From: Lama glama
Taxonomy: Eukaryota
Direction of reading: 5' to 3'
Length of the DNA stretch: 64,000 nt
Assembly: GCA_028534125.1 (NCBI GenBank)
Contig: CM052817.1
Span: 89,654,001-89,718,000, forward strand
A program made the translations under genes and the position numbers. The notes beneath the pieces were generated by a model. That model saw only the letters and a list, made by a program, of their open reading frames with translations, did not search any database and was not told the DNA's origin. Positions within the stretch are counted from its first letter, which is position 1. Every line of letters begins with the position of its first letter. Positions 26,116-40,670 of this stretch are shown one piece after another.

Positions 26116-26965
26116 TTTCTTTTTTAACCATTTTATGACATATGATTGACATATAATAAGCTGTGCATACTTAATGTATACACAATTAATGACTTTGGAG
26201 TTAAGTGTAGACCCATGAAACTATCACCACAACCTATGCCATAAACAAATCCATTATCTTCAAAAGTTTCCTCCTGCCTTCTTTATTATTTTTTTTCTGA
26301 TAAGAACACAAGATTTACCTAATTAACAATATTTTAAGTATACAATAAATATGTTAACTACAGGCACTATGTTGTACAGTAGATTTCTAGGATTTATTTT
26401 TCTTGTGTAACTGAAACTTTGTACTGTTTCTCTAATACCTCCTCATTTCCCTCTCCCTCTAGTCATTGGCAACCACCATTCTACTTTTCATTTCTATGAA
26501 TTTGACTATTTTAGATTTCTCACGTAAGTGGTATCATGTAGTATTTATTCTTTCATGTCTGGCTTATTTCGTATAGCATAATATCCTCCAAATTCATCTA
26601 CATTGTCACAAATGGTAGGATCTTCTTTTGGTTTTAAGGCTGAATAACATTTAATTGTAAGTATATACCACAATTTTTTACCCATTTATTGGTCAATGAA
26701 GATTTATTTTGCATCCATGTCTTGCCTAATGTGAATAATGCTGCAATAAACATGGGAGTGCACATATTTCTTTTAAGATCCTAATTTCATTTCTTTTGGA
26801 TTTATAAGTGGAAACACAAGATCAAATGATAGTATTATTTTTAATTTTTTGAGTAATCTCCATACTGTTTTCCATAGTTTTTGCATCAACTCACATTCCC
26901 CCCAACAGTGTACAATGATTATCTTTTCTCCACATCCTCCTTGCCAACACATTTTTTTATGTCCT
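26116..26965 (-). mobile_element. L1 3' end (L1MA/MB-like)
   Basis: ggcaaccaccattctactt, tgtctggcttattt, gtgaataatgctgcaataaacatgggagtg antisense L1 motifs. Confidence 0.88.
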
Positions 26966-26970
26966 AATGG

Positions 26971-28238
26971 TGTGAGATTTTGAGTACATATGGTTTTATT
27001 TGATAGATGATCCCAGGAGACAACAATAGGAAAGCAGGGAGTGAGAAGGGATGGAAGGCGGCCAATTAAAGGCATATTTTCAAGTAAGTTACTACATAGG
27101 AAATCTGAACTTATTCCCACTGGGGAAGTCTGGAAGTCAGTGCAGTATACATGCCTTATTTTGTTTTAACATTTTTTATTGAATTATAGTTATTTTACAA
27201 TGTTGTGTCAAATTCCAGTGTAGAGCACAATTTTTCAGTTATACATGAACATACATATATTCATTATCATATTTTTTTCATTATGAGCTACCACAAGATC
27301 TTGTATATATTTCCCTGTGCTATACAGTATAATCTTGTTTATCTATTCTACATTTTGAAATCCCAGTCTGTCCCTTCCCACCCCCCGCCCCCTTGGCAAC
27401 CACAAGTTTGTATTCTAAGTCTATGAGTCTGTCTTGTATGTATGGTTTTTGGTTTTTTTTTTTCAGATTCCACATATAAGCGATCTCATATGGTATTTTT
27501 CTTTCTCTTTCTGGCTTACTTCACTTAGAATGACATTCTCCAGGAATATCCATGTGCTGCAAATGGTGTTATGTTGTCGGTTTTATGGCTGAATAGTATT
27601 TCATTGCCAAAAATGGGCAAAAGATCTAAACAAGCAATTCTCCAAGGAAGAAATACAAATGATCAATAGGCACATGAGAAAATGATCAATATCACTAATT
27701 ATCAGAGAAATGCAAATCAAAACTACAATGAGGTACCAGCTCATACCAGTCAGAATGGCCATCATTCAAAAGTCCACAAATGACAAATGCTGGAGAGGCT
27801 GTGGAGAAAGGGGAACCCTCCTACACTGCTGATGGGAATGCAGTTTGGTGCAGCCACTACAGAAAACAGTATGGAGATTCCTCAAAAGACTAGGAACAGA
27901 CTTACCATATGACCCAGTAATCCTGCTCCTGGGCATATATCCAGAAGGAACCCTATTTCAAAAAGACACCTATATATGCCTTATTGTAATACCACTTAGA
28001 GGCAGAAGATCTGGGGTATTTTTGTGCTGTCCATTCTTGACTGATGACCCTTCCAGAAGGGACCTTACATTGCTGACACTTCTGCTCTGTTGTGTACATG
28101 GCCAGAGCAGATCTGGGGTGGGGGTGCAGAGAGCCTTCAGGCAGAAAGATGAAGATTCTGGCACTTAGAGGTCTGGGTTACACGCACAGAAATGGGAAGG
28201 GCAAGGGGATCAGTATGGGACATTGATTGTATCTGCTG
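26971..28238 (-). mobile_element. ERVL LTR (LTR33-like) split by an L1 insertion at 27161-27970
   Basis: ttttatttgatagatgatcccagga...gccaattaaagg on the left continues as ctggggtattt...agagagccttcaggcaga on the right. Confidence 0.7.
27161..27970 (-). mobile_element. Young L1 with 5' inversion (27161-27606 minus, 27607-27970 plus)
   Basis: Antisense 3'UTR joined at tcattg|ccaaaaatgggc to sense ORF2 C-terminus; TSD tata(c/t)atgccttatt at 27146-27160 and 27971-27985. Confidence 0.92.
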
Positions 28239-28720
28239 TTGACTCATCACAGCTCAGATCTACTCTTGCATCACATTATAACCATACAAACTATGAAAGC
28301 TTCTTTAAGATAGTAAGCAGTCACAGTATCTGAAAAAAAAGAAAAACTTACAAAAAGAGATCTGATGTGTCAAGCTACACCTCTGATGCAGTAGCTAATG
28401 CTTAGGAAATAATTAATATTCATCATTTTTTTCCTCTGTCATATATTTTGATGCTCTTCTTTCTTGACAGGAATATTTGCTGATATGTATCGCTTGCCAT
28501 GTAAACTAACCCAAATCTACATTCCCAAAGGGATCTGAACCTTGGCTATCATGCCTTTTATAGGCACGGTTGGTGCAATTATTCAATCGTGATTATGATC
28601 ATGGAAACAATAAATGGGTTCACAGTACATTTCAAATCCTAGTCATATTTGTCTTCCCTCGTCATGTAGTAAGAACTACATCTCATAATAATTAGGATTA
28701 ATTAGTCCCAACATTATAAT
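28239..28720 (-). mobile_element. Decayed ERVL internal 3' region next to the LTR33-like element
   Basis: cagctcagatctactcttgc and attcccaaagggatctgaacc resemble ERVL internal sequence, compare 4408-4660. Confidence 0.5.
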
Positions 28721-30869
28721 GCCCTTTTTTTTTGTATTTTGTAAGTTATTTGAAAGTATCTTCATTTTAGAGTTTCCCCATACTTTTCCTAAGTGCTTAT
28801 CAGAGGTAGGTGTTCCATAAGATTTAATGAATAATCAAGGATTCATTTGAAATCAACAGCAGGTGGCATCTTCATAACCAGTATCAAATGAACAAACAGA
28901 ATAACTACAACATATAGAGGTGGTGATAAAGCAAATTTAGGGAATACATAGATGAACAGAAATAGGAATAGAGCATTACCTAGTAAAAATTCATAAGAAC
29001 GCTAATGAACTGAAGGAAGTTTATAGGCTAAGATCTTATAAGAATTCACTTACAAATCCAAACAAAAGAATGAGTCATCTTAGATCCTATGAATGTACTG
29101 TTGCTGATAGGAAAAAAAATCTTTTAATAATGACAAGATACTCAAGAAAAAAATGAAAAGCATTTGAAAATGTTATTCAAATTCATTTATACCATAGTGT
29201 TATTATCAACATAATGCTACCCAAGTTAACAACTGATCTGAAAAAGTTAGGCATAATTTCAACAGTTAATTCAACAAATAGTTTCCCCTATGTTAAGTGA
29301 GAAATGGCTGGAAATGCATTTGCTTTGTATAAATCTAGAATAAATATGATTTTTACTGATATAAGTAGGGCCTAAATATTTTAATAATACCTGTTTTTTC
29401 TTTCAAAAAAAATTTATGCATTCAATAAATCTACTCTGACAATGTCCCAAAGTGCAAGAAATTTCTGACACAAAGGATAATACAAGAGGAAATTGTGCTG
29501 TTACCTAAAAAAGGAACTGATTATGAGATCGTCAAATGAATAAGACAAGAGTCTTTACCATAAATACACAGAATAAAGACCCTGTCTACAGTGATTGTAA
29601 AAAATTACAAAACACCACAGTACATATAGTAGTTTATCTTTCATGAGAAATCCAGAAGATAGTTAATTGCTTTGTTGGGAATCCCCTTACAAGATTTATA
29701 GGAGGACAGTTTTAATTATTTAGCTTCATGCTGTTATGCTATTTGATGACACATCATTATCAAATAGATACTTTGTTTTCAGCAGAAATCATCCATCATT
29801 GTCACATCCAAGCTCTGATCAATACATTTATACTTTATTACTTAGATGTTAATTTACATTATTTCCCAGTTTTCGCTGACTAATCACTTAAAATGCTGGT
29901 CAAAATCAAGAAGGATTTTTTTTAAACTATTTTAACAGCAACTATAATTTAGAACAAATGAGTTGCAGCAGCAATTCTTGCCTCTAGAGACTAGGCTCCA
30001 AAATGACCCCATATGACATCAAACAAATTGCATAAAGATATGCACTCGAAATAAGTTGATCTTAACCTTGAATGTGTGAACAGTTTTGCATATCCATAAT
30101 TGTCAATATGGCACCCTTCAGGATATACTGGTTTCTCTGGGCAGAGAGTCAATCAGCCTTATGTTCAGTTATATGTGAGCCAGCTGGACTTCTGACAGGT
30201 GCATTGTGGTGGTTAACTGCCCTCATCTACACTCTTTAACTCTCCAGTGACTTTTTTGTTCTGAGATTCCTCCTAGGGAAACAGGTCATGACAGCAATGA
30301 GTAAAGTATAACATGTGTACCTTATAGTGATGAAGGCATCAGTAGTGTCCAAAGGTAATATTCTAAAAAAACCAAAAACCAAAACTAAACAAAACATAGG
30401 ATGACAACCCTGTAGGCCTCTTGTACATGCTCATTTATTGGAAAAAGCCATTCCCTGATTACCCCTTTAAATAGATGTAATAGGTAGTTAATGTAAAATA
30501 TGTTAGGACCTTTGAGAATAGTAACTAATATGGAGTTCATGCTAGATCAAGACTATCATGTCATATGCATCCATTCCTAAAAGTTTCCTTAAAATTTCAG
30601 ATAATCTGAACCTAAGTAAACTGGTATGCTAGCTATATCTCATTAAGGGCTGTCACTCATCCCAAGAATGTTTATTGAAAGAGAGATGCCCAAATGATTA
30701 GTTAAGCCCCTTTCAAAATCAAATATTGTTGTCAAAAGTTTTAAACCTATTGAACGTCTAAAGGCAACAGGCTTATTTAAAGTTGTTCCAGGCAAAGTGA
30801 TCTAATGTGTGTTTTGTGCAACAGGACACATTTTCAACTCTAGATATCATGAAAATGAATATTTCCATT

Positions 30870-33230
30870 AAGGAAAATATTAAAATATTAGCAATATATT
30901 CTCTTGATGATGTTGTAGGGGAACATACACTCCTATATAGTTGGTAGAAATACAGACCTGCACTGATCTATAAATAGGAATTTGGTAATATCTTAAAAAT
31001 GACTATTGATTTGCCTCTTTATACAGAAATCACCTCTTTATGAACCTCTTCTAGAGGTATCCTAGAAATACTAAAATGTCATATGCATATGGCAATTTAT
31101 TTTTCTCCTATTTGCCAAAACAAAAAAAAAATTGGAAGTAATCAAAATGTCCATTTATAGGGGACCTGTTGAATAAATTATGGTACATCCATGGAATGGA
31201 GTATTATATATCTCTAAAAAGAATGAGAAAAATCTTTATTCATGATTATAGATCAATCTCTAAAAAAGTCTTTTAAAGGTACAAAACAATGTGATTACTA
31301 TACTACCTTTTATATATGAAAGGGGGCAAATATAATATATGTATATAATGAGTTAGATATACATGCATCTATACATTTACACATAACAGATGCTTACATT
31401 TTACAAATGGAAGTAGGAAAAAAACTAATGAAAATTATTATGTACAGACTGAAAGAAAAAAGACATAAGGGGGGAAGAAATTGAAGGCCTATTTATCTGA
31501 ATATATCTTGTTTTACAGATTAGAATTTAGAGCCTTCTATTTATTTTGCATAATTATAAAAGTAAAATTAAATGTAAATTAATTAAATTAAAGTAGAAAC
31601 AGAATAAAACTTAACCAAATTGTATACCAATGTAATGGCTTAACCTGGCAATATCTGTTTTTAATAATCATAAACCGGTAGTCTGACTGTACATCATTAC
31701 TAAAAAGAATTACTGAAAAGAAATCTCAAACAGTATTTAGTGACCATATTCATAGTAAAACTTCTGATATTATTATTTTGAATATTTACATGCAACTAGA
31801 TATGCATATTTAGATGCATAAATGATAAACAGAAAATAAATATATTAATATTTTTAGGAAATATTTTGAGAACAAAAATAAAATATTTTTCAAAAGAATT
31901 TTAGTAAAAACTTTGCATTCTTACATTTTTGTTGCAACTAGAATATATCTTAGGGTGCTTATATTCTCTCCTAAAATAAAATACAGACTTGTTTTCTGGC
32001 TGTTAAACTGAAAAGGCCTAGAAGCAATGACCAAACTGGCCAAATCATATATAAAGAACCAAGATTATGGTATCTAAATAGCACTACATAGTAAAATAAG
32101 CCAAAACTTCCTGGAGAAATGGTAGATTCTGGTCTGTGATAAGGACTGTAAAATGTAAGCCTGGAACTATTTTTCATACCAAAAAAGTAGCACAAAGAAA
32201 CTATCAAAGACTATTTGAATCCTGTTGGACTATCATAGGAGTCAAATTAAAATTAAAAATGTTTCTACCAGCTGAAGACATTTGATTTAAACATCAAGAA
32301 CTATAATAATTGTAATGAACATTTCAAAGATGTTAAAAATCCATGAGTTCAGAATAATTTTTGAAATGTCATTGATCACCTCTCAAGGTTGCTAGAATAA
32401 TTCATTATTCTGGAAACTAATGATTAACAGGAAGGAATGCAGCATTTACCTTCCTTTGGTGTACCAATGTTTGTAAGGGTAACCAAATAGTCAATGAGTA
32501 ATTTTTCTAATGGTAGAGTCACAGGCAATATTTCCAGCAAAAATTATAACATTGAAAAAACACAATTTTGCATCCCTTAATGAAGTAATGGTTCTTGCCA
32601 ATGATCTTAAATGGTTTGCCAAAGCATTAAGTGAAAAGTTAATGGAGAATTTTATAGCAGAGAGATCAGAAAATGAGAGATGACCAGATATCCTGAGCCT
32701 CATAAGAAACTACTAAAAAAAAAAATCAAAATTGATCTAATCCGTATGAGCTAATCAATTTATGTAAAATACAGGGAATAGAGAAATATGTTAAATTATA
32801 TCATAGGTATGAAATTAGTTAAGCCCAAAACATGTAAAATTATGTAAGGCAAATAAAATAAGAGACAAAGGTCAAGATTTTACAGAAATGAAGAGATTTT
32901 ATAGGTTAAAAGAGACTATGATATTTAAAATAAATGACATGAGTCATCTTTTTTTATTGATACTGATATGAAAGAACCAATTATTTAAAAAGACATGTAT
33001 GAGACAAATGGAGATGAAAATATGATGGGATAGTGGGCAATATTAAGGAAGTGTTTTCCTTTTTAGGTGTAATAATGGGATTTGGGCTATGTAATTTTAT
33101 GTTATGTAATTTTATGTATGTAATTTTTCAAAATTAAGTATTTCCTAGAGAGACATGCTTTTTTAAGGGTAACATTTTCTGATATCTTTACTTAAAATAA
33201 TCCAATTTAGTGGGTAAGGGAAAGGTGAGT
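30870..33230 (+). mobile_element. Old L1 3' region (L1MC4/5-like long 3'UTR)
   Basis: aaaatgtccatttatagggg...aataaattatggtacatccat; aaaaggcctagaagcaatgac; gcatcccttaatgaagtaatgg. Confidence 0.7.
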
Positions 33231-34794
33231 GAAACAGCCCACCTTTCTATTTCCACACCCACTGAATATGGAGAAAAGAGTCAGAAAGACTCAGATAAGT
33301 CAACAGACTCATGATCAAAGTGCTCAAGTTGGAAAAGCTGATGCTATTCAGCATCAAAGAAGGTAATGAGTTTATTTTTGATTATGTTATTTTTCTAACA
33401 TTCAACTAATTTATGACCATTGGAGAGGAGCAAAGTTTGTTTAGAAATTGATGAATGATTATTTATAAAAATAAATGGTTTATTACTTACATAAATAATA
33501 AATAATTGATGGTTGATTATTTACATAAAGGCTGGGATTTAAGCAAGGACACAGCTCAATATTAAGAACTTTCTCAGACTTAGTAATATAATCAAGAAGA
33601 AAAACTAGAAGTCACACAGCATAGGATGAGGTGACATGGAAAATTCATGAATACAAATAAAATAAAATCGGATCATAAGAGGGAATGTTGCCTTAAGAGT
33701 ACCTGTAGGTCTTTATCTGATCTTTAATGAAGAAAACATGGACAGTGAAATCAATATTTTACTCTATAGATCTGCTATATTTTTATACATTTTACATTTT
33801 ATTACTTGTGCTTTACAATGCACGTACCTTCACTACCAAATATGAGTTCTGTTGTTGTGAACAAATTGTTTTATCTTCTTAAAAATTTCTGAAAGAACAC
33901 CACAGTAGTGCTATATAAAGCTTCACCTGTGCAAATGTGCTGTCTGCTTTGTGGTGGGAGAGGCTGCAACATAAGGAGCTAGATGTCTTAACCATTCTTA
34001 CACATAGGCAGCAGTGACACTACATGTCACAGTACAGTGCTAGCCAACATTTTTGATAATTTAATCATGAAGCACTTAGATTATTTCAAAAGTATACACT
34101 TAAAAAACTTCCTTAGAAAATGTTTAATAGTTGGGTTTATTTTTTGAACAAAATCTAACACTGTTAGAGGTTAACAGCCTCACTTTTTAAAATTTAATTA
34201 ATCCCCAAGTATTGTCACAACTTTTAAAAATAGTAGTGACTAAAATATAAGACTCACTTTCTTGCCTCTAGCCTCTGACATTCACAAACACTAAGATTTA
34301 CAAGAGGTAATTTCAAAGTTAAAAAGGGATTTCCCAAGAGTTCAACTATTCTACAGAAAAAAGGGAGGATTTTATTATTTTATTACTTGAGATAAATTTT
34401 GCCTTTAGAAAACTAAAATAGGTAAATTAATAAACGAGTCTGGATTCAGATGGACTAGCTACATGATACACTGGTTACAGAAACTAATTTTCTTTCTGAT
34501 AATCTGTGGACACATTTGAAAAATACTGAAAAGATGGCAAACCAGAAAAAATACCTTAAATAAATCAATTTAAGAATTCTTAAAAATGTATAGTCATTAT
34601 TATTAATATCAGTAACTTAAAATAATAATAAACTAGACAAAATTTTGTGAAAATCTTCAAAATCTGTCAAAACTGCTCAACATCAATAGGTGTTATAAAC
34701 AATTTTAAAAACAGATTATAGAGATAAATTTTTGGTCAATGTGTAAATCCAGAAAATTGGGGAATGGATCATTTAGAGAACTTATAATTTATTA

Positions 34795-35103
34795 TATTGA
34801 TTTTTTAAGATTTTTTTTTAGAACAGTTTAAGGCTCAAAGCAAAATTGAAAGGTACATACAGAGATTTCCTATATACTCCTTTCTCCCACATATGCACAG
34901 CCTCCTCTGTTATCTACATCCCCACCACAATGCTACATTTGCTACAACTGTTGAACCTACACTGACACATCACAATCACCCGAAGTCCATAGTTAACACT
35001 GGCCTTAACTTTTGGTGTTGTACAATGTATGAGTTTGGACAAATGCACAGCAACATGTATCCACCATTATAGTATCACACAGAATAGTTTCACCACCCTA
35101 AAC
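34795..35103 (-). mobile_element. L1MC-type 3' terminus
   Basis: agagatttcctatatactcc...gaacctacactgacacatcacaatcacccgaagtccatagtt. Confidence 0.8.
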
Positions 35104-35564
35104 ATTTATACTGATTTTTACTTAATTTGCTGAATTTTATTTTCATTCACTTTTATTTTCATTCACTTGACGTAGTGCCCAGATGCATTCTCTAATAAGA
35201 ACCACTGGAACAGGATCTCCTATGATTTCCTCACAGCACTATAGATCGTACACTGTACAGGTGCTTAAGATATAGTTAATACCTTAGTAAGGAAATGAAT
35301 AATATGATAAATAAAAAATCTTTAACTGACTCACTTTTTAATGACGAAAAGTAAATGTAATTATCACACCAAAGGAGACAAGAAAGCTTCAAATCTAATC
35401 CCAGGTGTAAGGGCAAGAAGCAACTATAGCAGCCTTAAGAAATACTGGCAGAAACATTTTAAATCTTTTTTGTCCCTTTATAGTTATACTTCTGGATTGC
35501 TTAAGTATCACTTTAATTGTAAAATTCATCTTTGACATCAGAGTTCCAAGTAAAATGGAGGGAA

Positions 35565-35960
35565 AACTATCTCACATGTGACAGCTGTTCAACATTTGAA
35601 GATATCAATTATATTTGCCCCTCAGGCTTTCACAAGCTAAACGTTCCAAGTTCCCTCAAGTGTTTCATATTGCACATTTCACTTGACTCCATATTCTCAC
35701 ATCACGTTATTCTCTATCTTTCTAAAAATATGTCTCTCAGAGCTGGGCATATCATTTCAAATGTGATCTAATCAGCATGTTTGGAACATAACTTCTTTAT
35801 TTAACTGCTTCCTTTAATGTATCTTGTTGGTTTTGTGACACTCCCTCCCCAACTCCTTAATAGCCATAGTGAGTTATGCTGAATTTGTGACCAGCTAACT
35901 TCTCCAAATTTTTTCACAGGAGTTGTTCTCAAAGATGCACTAGTCTGCATTTATGCAAAC
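35565..35960 (-). mobile_element. L3/CR1 fragment
   Basis: gacagctgttcaacatttgaagatatc...gctaaacgttccaagttccctcaa resembles the CR1 antisense pattern. Confidence 0.55.
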
Positions 35961-35994
35961 ATTTTAAGAAGACATTTTTTCATTTATTGCTAAA

Positions 35995-38090
35995 AAGTTA
36001 TTTATTAAATATCTACTGAATACCTGATATATTACCAGTACTATGTTAGGCACTAGAGAAGCACAGACAAATAGATTTACATTTTTTTTTACTAATTTCT
36101 TCCTAGTAGATGAAGCAGTAAAAAAGAAAAATAAATTAAAGATATTTCAAAAATAAATCAAAAAACTTCATAAACAAGGAAACAATGCTCTGAGATAAAT
36201 ATAGATGGTAAGACACCCAATTTAAACATAATGATTAGGGGAGGCTTAGGAGGAGGTAACATTTAATTTAAATATAAAGCATGACATGACAGTAATCGAC
36301 CTTTGAAGTTGTGGCAGAATAAAAATATCCACAAATTCATTGCCAATCTTTATATCAAGAAGTGGAGTTTATGTTTCCTTGTCTTAAATTTTGGGGATTC
36401 AGACTGCCTTGAAAAATAAAATATGCTGGAAATGAACTTGCCAGTTTCCACACTTCAGCTTTAAAAGGTTACCTTCTACTTCTGATCTTTGAATACTCTT
36501 AGAGCCCTGCATAGACATGGCCAAACAGCTTGCTAGTGGAGAAGCCCTGAGGTTACATGAAGAGGAAGAATGGGCCATCTAAGGCCAGCCTCTTCCCCAC
36601 TAAGACATCAGGTTTGTGAATGAAGCCATCTTGAAGCTTCTAGACTGTATCAGTCACTAACTGTATGCCATTTAGCAACCCCATTCCATTCAAAGTGGAG
36701 CAGAAGGATTGGTCCAGCTGAGTCCTGCCTAAATTTCTGATCCATACTATTGTAAGATTTAATAAATGATTACTGTTTTAAGCAACTAAGTTTTGGGATA
36801 TTTTGTTATGCAGTAAGAGATAGATATTGAATAACAGAGTATGATGATGACAAAGGGAATGAAGGGAAATATACATATTTGAGATATATTTTTGAGATTA
36901 ATTCAACAGGATTTAAATTTGTACATAGATTGCATGTGGGGGATGATAGGAAGGAAAAGAATCGATGATTATACTAAATAGTGATGTCATTTATTAAAAT
37001 TAAGGATAGAAAAACACATCCCGAAGAAATGGAGGAACTCAAGAGCTCCATTTTAGATTTTACTGTAACTGATGTATTCAAGCAGTCATACATAGAGTTG
37101 GATATTAGACAGTGGTCCTATCTAATGAATGATCTAGGCAAGGAATTTCTGTTAGGAAGTAATCAGCAATTAAATGGAAGATAAATTTCAATGAACCAAC
37201 TCTGGAGAATGAGTATAAGGAAAGAGAAGAAGAGGAAAAAAAAGCTTTAAGGAATTCCACTATTTCAAACATAGATAGAGGAAGATGATCCAGAAAAGGA
37301 AACAAAGCAAAAATGAAGTCAGAGCAAAACTAAGAGAGTAATAACATAAAAGGCAAGACTTTACTTTGTTTCAGAAAGAATGGTGAAAGTAGGTAAAAGA
37401 TCTGAAAATAAAAGATAGAAAAGTGTCTACTGAATTTGTCAACAGTAAAGACAGTAGCCTGATACCAATTAATAAGGTGAACAAGGGGGAGTAAAAGCCA
37501 GACATTGGTTTGTTGAAGATTAAATTGGTGTTGAGTAATAGGAGACGACAAATGTACCAACTCTTTCTTGGCTCTGACGGGGAAAAGACAAGATGTAGCA
37601 GTACCTATTTATAAGACTGAGGACTTATTTAGGTATTTTTAAATGGGGGTGTCTAGGGTATATTGTCATGCCAGTGGTTATGATATATTTAACTGTAAAG
37701 AATATTCCAAAGAATAAAAAGCAAGAAGATCATTCGATGTGTTGAAATTCTTGAGATGGTAAAAGAGTGGATTGTATCTATAGCAAACCTGAAAGTATTG
37801 AATAGTGATAGGCTGCCTCCATTGTAACAAAATAGGACAAAATAAGTAGATGGGTGTAAGCATAGTAAAATTTATTGATTGATTGACTGATTACAGGTAG
37901 GAAGAAGAGAAATTCATTTTTGATAGTTTATATTTTTTCAGATAAAAAAGAGGAAAATCATCTGCCAAGATGGAGGGTAGAGGAAAAACGCAGAAGACTT
38001 GTGATATGAAAGAAAGGTATAATAATCATCACTAGGACTAGACTAGAAGAAACTCTAGAGAAACATATTAGGATTGAAAATAATCATCTG
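35995..38090 (-). mobile_element. L2 relic, interrupted by MLT1 at 36310-36836
   Basis: atctactgaatacc...ctatgttaggcactagaga (L2 3' end); tttgagatatattttt...caacaggattt; purine-rich L2 antisense tracts. Confidence 0.65.
36310..36836 (+). mobile_element. MaLR LTR (MLT1G/H-like)
   Basis: Starts tgtggcagaat...cacaaattc; gtgaatgaagccatcttg; ends tgttttaagcaactaagttttgggatattttgttatgcag. Confidence 0.8.
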
Positions 38091-38104
38091 GTGCCATGTG
38101 TTTT

Positions 38105-40670
38105 GTTTTGTTTTCAATTATGAAAATTTTGTATGTAAGCTATACATATATATAATATTTTTACATGATTTGTGTTCCTAAACAATATTGCTGTGTCTTT
38201 CTCATGCCATTGACAGTCCCTCTCCCACTTCTCATGACAACCATGAGAACAACAAGCACTGGCATACTTTGTGTGTATTTTCTATCTAAAGTTTTGTATA
38301 AATGAAACCATAAAGTGTGTATTCTTTTTTTTCTTTGCCTTATTTCATTCAGCATAGTTATTTTGAGATTCATCCATATTGCTATGTGCATCAATAGTTC
38401 ATTCTTATTTTTGTAGAATAGTATTTCATTGTATGGGTATACTTCAATTTGTGAACTCATTCACTTGAAAGCAAGATTCCAGTTGCTCTGAGTTTTTGGT
38501 CATAACAAATAAAGCTACTGTGATAATTAATGTACAGGTTTTTGTATAAACATAGCTTTCATAGTCTTTATTTATCTAGAATATATTCCCAGGAGTATGA
38601 CTGCATGGCCATGAAGAGCATATTTAATTTAATAATAAACCACCATATGATTTTCCATAGTTACTGCTCCATTTTACATTGTATAACACTATATGAGGGG
38701 TAGGTTCTCCATATTTTTGCCAGCACTTTGCACTGTATTGTGTTGTGTGTTTATGTATATGTATATATGTAATTCTAGTAGGTGTGTAATAATATCTCAA
38801 CATGGTCTTAATTTTCATTTCTCTAAAAGCTAATGAGGTTAAATTTTGTATCATGTGCTTACTTGCCATATGTATATGCTCTCTGAGGTCTGTTCATTGT
38901 TCATGGTTTTGACCATCTTTTATTTGGATGGTTTTTATTTTACTGTTGAGTTTTGAGAGTTCTTTGTATATTCTGGTTACAAGTATTTTGTTGGTTATTT
39001 GATTTGCAAATACTTCCTCTTGCTTTGTAGCTTGTGTTTTCATCCTTTTAAGAAAATACTTCACAGAGCAAAACTTCTTAAATTTTAATTTCTTTTTTAG
39101 GGATTTTTAAACTATAAATATAATTTTATATAGCTACAGAATTATTCTTATTATCTAATTCAACTTGGGTATAATTTGATAGTTTGTGGTTTTCATGGAA
39201 TTGGTCTATTTTATCTAAGTTGTCATATTTGCATAGATTTGTTTATATTACTCCCTTATTACTCTTTTGATACCCATAGAATCTGTAGCAATGTCCCCTC
39301 TTCCATTCTTGAATATTGATCATTTTTTCTCTGTCTCTTTTGCTAGATTTTTATTAATTTTACTGATGTTTTCAACAAACCATCTTTACTCCACTAAGTT
39401 TTTTTTTTTTTAATTTTAAAGTCCATTGATCTTTTATCTTTATTTCTTCTTTCCCCGGTTTGCTTTCATTGTATTTTGCTCTCCTTTTCATGCTTTCTTG
39501 AGGTGGAAGCTTAGATTCTTGACTTCATATTATTTTTAACGTAAATATTGAATGTTAAAATTTTTCCTCTCAGTACTGCTTTAGGTATATCCCACAAATT
39601 TTGATATGCTATATTTTCACTTTCATTCCTTTCAATGTATTTTTTTACAATGTATTTTAAGGCTTCCTCTTTTACCATGAATCATTTATAAATATGTTAT
39701 TCCCAAATGTTTTCAATTTTTCTATTATATCTCAACTATTAATTTCTCACTTGTTTCCAATATGGTGTAAAAATACACTCCGTATTTTCAATTCTTTTAA
39801 GTTTGTCAAGGTGTGATTTATGACACATGATATGATCTATCTTGTTGAATAGTTCATGAGCATTTGTAAGGAATGTGTATTTTACTGCTGTTGGGTGGAA
39901 TTATTTATAAATGTCAATTAAATTCTGTTGATTGATGGTGTTGTTCAATTCTTCTGAACCCTTGATCATTTTGTATCTAGTGGTTCTAGTGATTTCTGGG
40001 TGAGGGATTGTTCTTTAACTATAATAGTGGATTTTTAAATTTTTACTATAAATTGATCAGTTCTTGCTTTAAGTATTCTGAAGCTCTGTTGCTGGTACAT
40101 AAATACTTCTGATTACTATGTCTTTTTGGTGGATTGTCTTATTTTTATCTATAGTTAATGTCTTTTTCTGTCTCTGATAATTTTTTTGCTTTTAATTCTA
40201 CTTTATCTGTAACTAATATATTTTTTGATTAATATCTACATGTTACATCATTTTGCATTTCTTTTCTTTCAACTGATCTGTACTGATACGTTTTTATATT
40301 TGAAGTGAGATTCTTAGGGACAGCATAGCATTTGTTCATAGCTATTTGTGAGTTTTGTTTGTTTGCTTAACTTTTGTCCACTCTAGCAATCACTTTCTTT
40401 TAAGTGATGTATATATATTATTTACATTTAATGTAATTATTTATGTGAGGGCTTAAGTCTGCCATTTTCTTCTTTGTTTTCTGTTTGTTGTGGGTTTTTA
40501 AATTTCATTTTTATTTTCCTTTTCCTGCCTTTCTGTGGGTGACAAAACTTTTTAGAATTCCATTTTTATTTATTCATAGTGTTTTGAGGGCATCTCTTTC
40601 TATAGCTTTTTTAAAGTACTTGCTTTAGGTATTTTATTATATGTAACAACTTATTCAAGTATAGCATGTA
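38105..40670 (-). mobile_element. Old L1 (3' region joined to EN-proximal ORF2), fragmented
   Basis: ORFs 38161-38460 and 38624-38869 (REMKIKTMLRYYYTPTR) are the ORF2 C-terminus; 39150-40670 parallels 2320-3735. Confidence 0.85.
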
